Assembly (NCBI GenBank): GCA_020629035.1
Contig: JAHDEC010000010.1
Span: forward strand, 1 to 64,000
DNA: 64,000 bases
Direction of reading: 5' to 3'
Origin: Saprospiraceae bacterium
GTDB lineage: Bacteria; Bacteroidota; Bacteroidia; Chitinophagales; Saprospiraceae
Part shown: piece by piece, positions 49,773-58,900 of the stretch
How positions within the stretch are numbered: position 1 is the stretch's first letter
Layout: each line of letters starts with the position of its first letter
Made by a program: the position numbers and the translations under genes
Notes under the pieces: model-generated
The model's input: only the letters and a program-made list of their open reading frames with translations
Told to the model about the DNA's origin: nothing
The model's database searches: none

Positions 49773-51102
49773 AATTATTTTACTAAGTCAACTGATTGTT
49801 TTGCCTTTGCTACTGCAAGGTCAGGCACAGAATAATTCCATCTTTTCCAGGTTTGGTATTGGGGATTTATATCCTCAGGCTTTTTCTTCTACCGCTGGAA
49901 TGGGATTTGCAGCTTCGGGATATTTTAGCGAATCTCAAACAAATACATTAAATCCTGCTTCATACGGTTATCTCAAGAAAACAAGTTTCGATGTAGGCTT
50001 AAATGCTAAATACTACGATCTGTCGACCGATAACAGCAGTTTTAGAAATTGGACAGGTAGTTTTGATTATTTGTCAATAGCGTTTCCCTTATTTAACAAC
50101 ATTAATCGAGCATTAAGCCCTATCGAAAGAAATTACAATCTGGGGATGGCTTTTTCACTCCAACAATATTCTAAGGTTGGATACAATATAACCACCACTG
50201 AAGTAATAGATGGTGTAGGTCAGATAGAACGAAATTTTACTGGTTTTGGAGGAACAACCAAATTCCTTTGGGGTAATAGTTTCCAGTATAAGGGACTGGC
50301 TGCTGGGTTTAACCTAGGATATATTTTCGGAAGGATTAATTATGAAAAGAATGTATTCTTTGTCGATTATCTAAATCCATTTAATAATTTGTTTAATACT
50401 TCGTATTCGATCAGGGGCTTCCAGTTTGATGGAGGACTTATGTATACCCACGTTTTAAATAAGAAGGCAGTAGAAGCTGATAATTTGGTACAAGAAAACA
50501 GTCTAACTGCAGGTATTCATTATTCTAGCAACTCGAATGCAAACACAAGCGAAACCAGCAATGAAGTCACATTTCTAAATGCTCCCAATTCGAATAACGT
50601 AGTTGATGAAATAAGAACAGTCCAAGATAGTGCGGGACAAATGACGATTCCTGGCTCATTAGGTTTTGGATTGTCTTATAAATATGGAAGAAAATGGGGA
50701 GCTGCAATATCTTATGCTACTTCACCTTGGTCTCAATATACCAATGACGTGGAACCGCCTTTAGCCATGAATTTAAATGATATTGGATCCCTTAACTTAG
50801 GGTTCTACTACATTCCTAAATATAATTCGATCTCGAACTTTTTATCTAGAATAAATTATAAAGCAGGTTTCTACACTAGAACAGAACCTGCAAGCTTTTC
50901 AGATAATCAAGTCTCCAATACCGGATTTACCTTTGGTTTAGGAATGCCGTTTATATATCAAAGAAAATCATCTATAGCTGATATTAATATTGCGCTAGGA
51001 AGAAAGAAAGCCGCAGACATTCTGGTAGAAAATTACATGGAATTACGTTTCGGATTCTCTTTTAATGATGATGAGTGGTTCTTAACAAGGAAGTATAACT
51101 AA
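49756..51102 (+). CDS. Outer-membrane beta-barrel protein, FadL/PorV-PorQ-like
   Basis: Signal peptide. N-terminal AGMGFAASGYFS...NPAS motif shared by FadL-fold T9SS-associated barrels. C-terminal aromatic residue. Confidence 0.4.
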   Translation: MKIIARIILLSQLIVLPLLLQGQAQNNSIFSRFGIGDLYPQAFSSTAGMGFAASGYFSESQTNTLNPASYGYLKKTSFDVGLNAKYYDLSTDNSSFRNWTGSFDYLSIAFPLFNNINRALSPIERNYNLGMAFSLQQYSKVGYNITTTEVIDGVGQIERNFTGFGGTTKFLWGNSFQYKGLAAGFNLGYIFGRINYEKNVFFVDYLNPFNNLFNTSYSIRGFQFDGGLMYTHVLNKKAVEADNLVQENSLTAGIHYSSNSNANTSETSNEVTFLNAPNSNNVVDEIRTVQDSAGQMTIPGSLGFGLSYKYGRKWGAAISYATSPWSQYTNDVEPPLAMNLNDIGSLNLGFYYIPKYNSISNFLSRINYKAGFYTRTEPASFSDNQVSNTGFTFGLGMPFIYQRKSSIADINIALGRKKAADILVENYMELRFGFSFNDDEWFLTRKYN

Positions 51103-51199
51103 ACTTTATCATTCCTTTAACACACCATAATATAAAAATATTTCATCTTGACATTGTATTTAGTTAACACTATAAAAAGCACCAAAACAAACTTAAGTT

Positions 51200-52606
51200 A
51201 TGAGTAAATTGATGTATACCCTATTAATATTAGGAATCGCAACATTCGCAAATGCCCAGTGCGAAAATTGGGTAGATAATGGTACGGAAGATGAAGCCTC
51301 TACTGCTCACTCTATCTATAGAACTGCTTTAAAAACAGAAGATTACGCTACAGCCTTTGAAAACTGGCAAAAAGCATATGATCTTGCGCCGGCTGCAGAT
51401 GGCAAGAGAGATTACCATATGACAGATGGAGCAAAACTGTACATGCAAAAGCATAAAGAATCTACAGATGATGCTGAGAAAAAAGAATACGCAGCAAAAG
51501 TAGTAGAACTATATGACCAAGCTGTTGACTGCTATCGTGCTAAAAGTATTTCTTTAAAATGTGGAGATACTGATGAATGCATAAATCAGCGTATTTCCTA
51601 CCTGAGAGGAAGACAAGGATATGATATGTATTATTCGCTTAATTCTCCGTATTCTAAGAACTATGAAGTATTACAAGAAGCGGTGACACTAGGAGGCAAT
51701 GATGTGGAATACATTGTTTTTGATCCATTAGCCAAAATAGCCGTTTACCAATATCAAAAAGGAAAATTAGGTAAAGCACAAGCTTTAGCTGTCTACCAGT
51801 CACTAGAAAAAATCGCTGAGCATAACATCGAAAACAATGCGGACTACGGTAGTTACTTCGAACAAGCCTGGAAAGCATCTAAAGTGCATTACTCTCCTGT
51901 TGAAAGTGAAATTTTTGACTGTGAATTTTTCAAGAACAAACTAAGACCTGAGTACGATGCTAACCCTGATGACAAGGATGTAATCAAGAAGGTATTAGCT
52001 AAACTCAAAGCACAAGGTTGTACAGAATCTGATGAACTTGTTAAAGAGTTAGATGGGAAATGGAAAACTTACGCAGCAGCAGCTAATGCACAGATGTTAT
52101 CTGATGACAAAGAGAACAACCCAGCCAAGTACGCTAAAAAACTTAGACAGGAAGGAGATTTCGAAGGAGCTATTTCTTACTACGAAAAAGCCATTGGCAA
52201 AGAAACAGATAATGTTAAGAAGGCTAGTTATTTACTATCAGTAGCTAAGATTCAATACAGTAAATTTAAGAAATACAGCGATGCGCGTAATAATGCAAGA
52301 GAAGCTGCGAAATTAAGACCAAACTGGGGAGATCCTTACATCACAATCGGTGATATGTATGGTAGCTCAGCAAGAGGATGTGGAGATGACTGGGCAGTGA
52401 GACTAGCTATTATTGCGGCCATGGAGAAGTACGAATACGCAAAAAGTATCGATCCTGCAGCTGCGGAAGAAGCACAATCTAGATTAAATAAGTACTATAC
52501 TTCATTACCCGAAAAGCAAGAAGGATTTATGAGAAAAGTACAGCCTGGTCAAAGTGTCAAAGTACCATGCTGGATTGGAGAAACTGTGAAAGTTAGATTT
52601 AAATAA
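51200..52606 (+). CDS. Hypothetical secreted protein (TPR-like alpha-helical)
   Basis: Signal peptide MSKLMYTLLILGIATFANAQ. Helical repeats rich in Y/A/K. Confidence 0.4.
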   Translation: MSKLMYTLLILGIATFANAQCENWVDNGTEDEASTAHSIYRTALKTEDYATAFENWQKAYDLAPAADGKRDYHMTDGAKLYMQKHKESTDDAEKKEYAAKVVELYDQAVDCYRAKSISLKCGDTDECINQRISYLRGRQGYDMYYSLNSPYSKNYEVLQEAVTLGGNDVEYIVFDPLAKIAVYQYQKGKLGKAQALAVYQSLEKIAEHNIENNADYGSYFEQAWKASKVHYSPVESEIFDCEFFKNKLRPEYDANPDDKDVIKKVLAKLKAQGCTESDELVKELDGKWKTYAAAANAQMLSDDKENNPAKYAKKLRQEGDFEGAISYYEKAIGKETDNVKKASYLLSVAKIQYSKFKKYSDARNNAREAAKLRPNWGDPYITIGDMYGSSARGCGDDWAVRLAIIAAMEKYEYAKSIDPAAAEEAQSRLNKYYTSLPEKQEGFMRKVQPGQSVKVPCWIGETVKVRFK

Positions 52607-52630
52607 TCAAGTGATATAAATAATAAAAAA

Positions 52631-52657
52631 GCTCTTCAGTTATGAAGGGCTTTTTTT
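52631..52657. terminator. Bidirectional Rho-independent terminator between convergent genes
   Basis: GCTCTTCA-GTTA-TGAAGGGC hairpin flanked by A-run and T-run (AAAAAA...TTTTTTT). Confidence 0.65.
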
Positions 52658-55600
52658 ATTTCTACCCTTGAAAAACCATAACAATAAACCAATCATAAGC
52701 ATCCCAAAGCCATACAAATATGAGCTATATGGACCTACAAAATCTAAGGGAGACATATCACCAGTAGCTATAAATCCAGCGTAATAGTAAGGTGTTTTTT
52801 GAGAATCAGGAATCGTCTCATCATTTATATAGGCCAATTTCGCTTCCCTAAGTGCATGATCTTTTCGGAGGCCATCCTTTAAAAAAGAGTAAAACTTGGT
52901 CATTAAATAAGCACTTGCCTCATCTGGGACACGCCATAAAGAACTTACAATGGACTTTGCGCCAGCATATTGGAAAGCATGGGCCATCGACAAGCTTCCT
53001 TCTCCGTCTTGCAGTTCGCCTGTACCAGTGTTACAAGCACTCAACACTAAAAGCTCATTTTCCATTTCAAGCTGATACACCTCAAATGCAAAGAGCTTTT
53101 GATCATACAGACTATCTTTTTTATCACCAAATAGAAGAAAAGAATTCATTCCATTTTCTTCATTCATTATTGAGTGCATAGCCAAATGGACGATATCCTT
53201 GTCTAAGGAATGAGCAACAAAAGAAGCTTCATTTGCTTCACTTCCTACATAAGCATCACCACCTAAAAGTTCTTCGATTTTAGAAACTTCTAGTTGGGCT
53301 CCTGGTAGCGCATAATTTCCATCTCTAACCACTGAAGCATAAATCTTATTTGATGCTAATAATAAGGAGTCAATGCCATCTTCTTTGTATTCAGGGGCAA
53401 AACAGGCTAGAGATCGAACCTTTACAGATCTTGTTAGGTCTTCTCCTTTGATTAGCGATTGGTTAGCATGATAGCTAATATTATATGAGTTCATTAACGA
53501 GGAATCATCATAAGTTAAGATCTCGAAAGGCAGTTGCAACAATAAATTACTTGGGACTATATTTATATTTTCAATGCCTTCTGTAATTGTATAATTATTA
53601 AAAATCGAACGACTAATTTGGTTTACAAGGTCCACATTGTTTTTCCCTGATTTAAGCTCATTAATGTATTGTTCCACCTGATGGTAAAACGCTAAAGGCT
53701 TTTCTATTTTATTCACCACAACTTGATCCTGGCTAATAAAAAAAACGACCGCCATCTCCTCAGTTAAGTGGCTATCGATAATTAAGTCATGAGTCCCTAA
53801 ATTAATATTCCTTTCGCTAGTTGATTTACCAGTTACTGATGAATAAGCCGGATATTTACTACTAATGCTTGCGTTCCAATTATCTCGCTCTCGTAGGAGA
53901 GCAAATAAATTGGTTTTTGCAGCAGCCAAATCCATCATTGAGTCCTGTTCAGTAATGACATTTTTATAGTATAAGATACTGTCCTCGATCATCACTTTTT
54001 CCTCTAATACTTCATCGGGGATATCGTTAAATTTAATTTTAGACTTAGCTCTCATGGAAGCTAATAGTTTACGAGATCTATTAGTATTAACTATATCCAT
54101 CGCTTGATTTATGAAATTCAGACCACCTGATTTTTCGTGCATAGCTAAGGCAGCCTTTAGGGCAATATTAAATACCTCCTGACTTGCATTACTCATGTCA
54201 TAAAACGAGGAAGAATTAATATTCGACTCTGATTGTAGATCGATATTTTGCTTAAACAATTCAAACTGAGCCAATATGGTTTGTAGGTAATCTTCTTGTT
54301 GCTGGTGAGTATAAAGATCATCCAAACCTTTAATATGCTGGGTTTGTACCCATAATAATTCTTCCAATCTCGAAAAACTTCCATCAATGGCATCGGCTTT
54401 GGGATCAAAGGATAAATTTGCATAGGCTAAAGCTATAGCCTCATTGAAGTCTTCCTTTTTATTTTGCTTAGCAGCTTGATGAGCTTTTACATTGTAAGCA
54501 TCAAGAAACAATCGGTTATCACCATCTTTTATTTGGGCAGTTTCATCTAAGGATAGTTCTATTAACTTGGCAGCTTTGTTTATTTGGCCTTTCTCAAAGT
54601 AACATTTCGAGGCTAATAAATTCGAGAATGCTTGATATGTGTTGGCTTCGTGATTTAGTTTAGCATTTATTGGATCTGCTTTTTGTTTTAGGTAAAATAA
54701 GGCAGAATCGACTTGATTTAGATTAAAATACTCACTGGCTATCCCATGATAGAGTGTGAGTTTCGATTGATCCATGATAGATGAATTAGATTCATAGTAG
54801 TCAGCGATTGACATTTTTAATTTAATGGCCTCCTCGAACCTACCTAAATTACCTTTGGCATTTGAAAGGTTTTCGATAAGTACGTAATAGTTACTACTCT
54901 TCATCGCATCTTTAGTCGCTAAATTTCTCAGGGTTTGCTCATAATACTCTATGGCTTCTTCATTCTTGCCCATTTTGCTAAGCGCATTGCCAATGTTCAT
55001 TAAAGGCTGGGTAGCCTGCCTGGAATCAGCACCCATGGTTCTTGCAAAAATGTCATAAGAGCGTTCAAATAACTCTTTAGCTTTTCGGAAATTGGCCTTA
55101 TTAAAGTAAGTGATCCCTAAATTATTGCAAAGCCCCGCATAAAGCGCACTCTCCTTATTCTTTCCATCAAAAAACTTCAGTGCATTAACAAAATGGAGTT
55201 CGACAGAATCCATTTTGCCCTCTCTCCAAAAAGCCAAACCCAATTTAACACAAACTCTAGCATGACGTTCATGGTCATCTGGCATATGCTCCAAAGCGAT
55301 AGGCAAGGTTCTTCGCATCAATACAATGGCTGAATCTACCCTATTGGTCTCCATGTAAATTTGGCTCATGTTTGAGTTAAGAATAACATTGCTCCCATTT
55401 GGATATCCTCTAATGTCATTAACAATTTCTGTTGCAAGGTGATAGTGTCGCTCAGCCTCATCATATTCGTCAAGCCTTTGTAATACATATACCTGTAAAC
55501 CATGCAATCTTGATGTGACCAGGTTTTGTTTCCCAACGGTGGGATAAGCGATAACTAAGGCAGAATCGAGTAAGGCTTTTGAAGCTTTATACTCATTTTT

Positions 55601-55732
55601 TTTATTGAGTTCTATCGCTTCTTCATACATTTTTTGGAGCATGATGGAATCTTGCTGCGCTTGGCTGTATGATGTAGAGATATATAGAAAGAGCAGTGTA
55701 AAAAAGGCTCTTACCATTGGTAGTTTATTCAT
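52640..55732 (-). CDS. TPR-repeat protein with C-terminal CHAT (caspase-like) protease domain and C-terminal TM helix
   Basis: Signal peptide. About 700 aa of TPR-like repeats. CHAT motifs HLAMHS (catalytic His) and LLVLSACNTG (catalytic Cys). Terminal hydrophobic segment. Confidence 0.7.
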   Translation of the reverse strand: MNKLPMVRAFFTLLFLYISTSYSQAQQDSIMLQKMYEEAIELNKKNEYKASKALLDSALVIAYPTVGKQNLVTSRLHGLQVYVLQRLDEYDEAERHYHLATEIVNDIRGYPNGSNVILNSNMSQIYMETNRVDSAIVLMRRTLPIALEHMPDDHERHARVCVKLGLAFWREGKMDSVELHFVNALKFFDGKNKESALYAGLCNNLGITYFNKANFRKAKELFERSYDIFARTMGADSRQATQPLMNIGNALSKMGKNEEAIEYYEQTLRNLATKDAMKSSNYYVLIENLSNAKGNLGRFEEAIKLKMSIADYYESNSSIMDQSKLTLYHGIASEYFNLNQVDSALFYLKQKADPINAKLNHEANTYQAFSNLLASKCYFEKGQINKAAKLIELSLDETAQIKDGDNRLFLDAYNVKAHQAAKQNKKEDFNEAIALAYANLSFDPKADAIDGSFSRLEELLWVQTQHIKGLDDLYTHQQQEDYLQTILAQFELFKQNIDLQSESNINSSSFYDMSNASQEVFNIALKAALAMHEKSGGLNFINQAMDIVNTNRSRKLLASMRAKSKIKFNDIPDEVLEEKVMIEDSILYYKNVITEQDSMMDLAAAKTNLFALLRERDNWNASISSKYPAYSSVTGKSTSERNINLGTHDLIIDSHLTEEMAVVFFISQDQVVVNKIEKPLAFYHQVEQYINELKSGKNNVDLVNQISRSIFNNYTITEGIENINIVPSNLLLQLPFEILTYDDSSLMNSYNISYHANQSLIKGEDLTRSVKVRSLACFAPEYKEDGIDSLLLASNKIYASVVRDGNYALPGAQLEVSKIEELLGGDAYVGSEANEASFVAHSLDKDIVHLAMHSIMNEENGMNSFLLFGDKKDSLYDQKLFAFEVYQLEMENELLVLSACNTGTGELQDGEGSLSMAHAFQYAGAKSIVSSLWRVPDEASAYLMTKFYSFLKDGLRKDHALREAKLAYINDETIPDSQKTPYYYAGFIATGDMSPLDFVGPYSSYLYGFGMLMIGLLLWFFKGRNKKSPS

Positions 55733-55858
55733 ATTGATAGGAATGATTCTTTAGTTAATGTAAGTCTTAAATTGTTATTCACCAAATAGTTTCTCCGATT
55801 TCAAGAGTGAGAAAAGACAAATGTCGATGTCATAGATGCTTAGCCAAAGGATAGTAAA

Positions 55859-55880
55859 ATCACATTTTCATGTGATTAAG
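55859..55880. promoter_or_regulatory. 22-nt palindromic operator-like motif ATCACATTTTCATGTGATTAAG, 53 bp upstream of the adhesin start
   Basis: Inverted repeat TCACAT-TTTC-ATGTGA. An identical copy occurs at 60943-60964. A TAnnTTTG-like -7 box (TACTTTTG) follows. Confidence 0.5.
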
Positions 55881-55932
55881 ATGGTTTAGCATCAAATTAC
55901 TTTTGAGGTATTATTAAATCAAAAAAAGTATT

Positions 55933-58900
55933 ATGAATTCCTATCTACTTACATTTTTTAAATCAATCTTACTAACGCTACTGTTAGTGGGAATCAATCA
56001 AGCTCAAGCTCAAATTTTTTGGGGTGATTATACTGGAGCCGTTACAGCAGAATGCAGCGATGGACCTCTTGAAGTTAATGTCAATGTTTCTGGAATTGGT
56101 ATTCTGGGAGAAGACAATCTTGGTATTGTGGAAGTATTTGTTGATTTAACAGTTGGCAGTGGCTTTCTTGTTGATCTCGTCCTAGAAGCACCTAATGGGG
56201 ATGAATTTATACTTGCGGCCTCTTCATTAGGTTCATATCCTGGATGGACTGGGTTCTACCACTCAATTGCTTATATCCCTTGTCCTGATTTACCTACACC
56301 TCAAGATTCATGGTCCAGCTTATGGTATACCGATGGACAACCAGAGGAAGATTTTTCCGTGCTAAACGATCAAGGAATCAATGCAGATGGAAATTGGAAA
56401 ATTAAAATATGTAATGATAATTTGCAAGCTAGTTATTTTTCAGAACTTTATTCCTCGAGAATTACCTTCGGTAATATCTGTCCGGAAGTCACCAATGTTT
56501 ATTATGCATCGGCAGGTCCTGAGTGTCCTGATGATCTGAGCCAAGTCTATATTGAAGTAGAAGATGGTATTTGCCAAGCCAGTACAGTATCCGACGATAA
56601 TGGTAATTCGACATCAACGGGATTTGAAGTCATCGATATGTGGGTAGGAACTGGAGATAATAATTTCTATGCTGAAGATGATTATGGTTGCACAGGTCCT
56701 GGTTTTGAATTTAATTTGGACCCTATTGACCTTGAATACCCTGTTTTTTCTAATTTACCAGATCTGACCATTTACGCATGGGTAACTGAAGGTACGTGCT
56801 CAGCTGAAGTTAGCATTGTAGATCCAAATTATTCTGACAATTGCGGGATTGTTTCAGCCATTGGTACTCTTGAAGACGTAAACGGGACAATATCTACATT
56901 TGCATTAGAAGAAGGTATGTCATTTGACTACATTTTGGGAGTAGGCAATAGTTATCTTACTTTCACCATTGAAGATGCTTATGGAAATATTACCACATAT
57001 ACAACCACTATCCAAGTAATAGATCCAATTCCTCCAGTTGCAGCTAACCCATTGGTAAATATATATATTGAATGTGGTGATCCATATGATGGTGATCCTA
57101 CTCCGTGGTTAGATAACTTCCTTTTGTCAGATAATTGTTCATCCGTAGAAGAAATTAGTCTCTCACTGATTGATTCGTATACCACCCAAAATTGCGGCTC
57201 AAGTTTTACAGATACTTGGATTTATGAATTTTATGACGCAAATGGCAATTTCAATTATGATACAAATTTGGAATTAAACATTATTGTTCAAGATAACCAA
57301 GGTCCTACAATTACTGGGGTTCCTACAGAACCAATCATTTTTGATTGTGGTGATGATTTCTTACCCTACTTCCCTATCATTGGTGTAGATGTTTTTGCTG
57401 ATGATTATTGTGAAGGAGATTTAACTTCTTCGATTGAAGAATCTATAACCCTTGTTGCTAATGACTGCAATGATGGAACTGGGATTATTGAAATAGAAAC
57501 GCATACTTTCTTGGTAAGCGATGGATGTGGCGCAACATCTGAGATATCGTATGAAGTACATATTACTGATTTGTTGCAACCAACTTGGTTAGCTCCATTT
57601 GAAGCACCTATGCTAATTACGGGTGAATGTGGAGTAGATGATTTGCAAGAAATTATTGACGCTTATATCCCAATCGCCGGAACTTGTAATGGAGAAATTG
57701 AAGGCATAGAAACAGCAAATGAATTTTCAGAAGAATGTCTTGGATCAGCTTCAGGAACTACCTTCATTGATTACGAGTCAACTAGTGACTGTGGGGTGAG
57801 TGCTTTTACTAGCTTGGTAGTTGAACTTTTAGATACCCAAGCTCCAGTCATTTCCGGCCAATTACCAGATGTAATCATTCAATGCGGGGATGAATTTCCT
57901 GCAGCTCCTATCCTATCTAGCATGGATGCATGTAATGGTGATGTAACTGATTTGATTGAATTAACGATTACATCATCGACTGATGATTGTGATGCGAATA
58001 TTGTAGAAACCTACACTTATCTCTATACTGCTTCTGATTATTGTGGCAATTCGGCTAGCTATGCTTGGAGTGTTGCTATTGAAAATGATTTTTCCATCGA
58101 ATTAGGAGATGATGTGATCTTGTGTGATGAACCTGAATATCTTATTACGGCAGCAGAAGGCAATTCATATCTGTGGTCAACTGGTGAAACGACACAAAGC
58201 ATTGTGGTAAATACAACAGCGATTTATAGTGTTGTTGTCTACTCGAATAATGGATGTTGCGCAGAAGATGATATAGCCATTAGCTTCGAATCAGGAACAC
58301 CAGTAACAGCGGAAGGTGGAGAATTAGATTGTGAAGGTGGTGCGATAAGTCTATTTGCAGCATCGGGACCTACTTCTACCTATGCATGGACTGGACCTGG
58401 AGGCTTTACTAGTGATTTACAAAATCCAATGGTAAGCCAAGCAGGAACATATACGGTTACAGCAACTAATGAGTTGGGTTGTAGTTCTATGGCAACAGCT
58501 GAAGTAACAACAGACACAAATGTGCCTAGTCTCAGCACCACTGGTGGTGTTTTAGACTGCAATAATTCAACCGTTACTTTATCAGCTTCTTCCGATACAG
58601 AAGATGTTTCTTTTGCATGGTCAGGACCTGATGGGTTTACTAGTGATCAAGAAAGTATTGAAGTCGATGTTGCAGGTGATTATATGGTTACGATTATGGC
58701 TCCTAATGGCTGTATTGCTACCGGTTTAGCAGTTGCGAGTGAAAACCTCGAACTACCAGATTTATCAGCAATAGGTGGCAGTTTATCATGCAACACAAAT
58801 GAAACCCTTATTAGTGCAAGTTCTGCAGATCTTGTGACGTATGCTTGGAGTGGGCCTAATGGCTTTACAAGTGATCTAGCAGAACCTACCGTAAGTGAAG

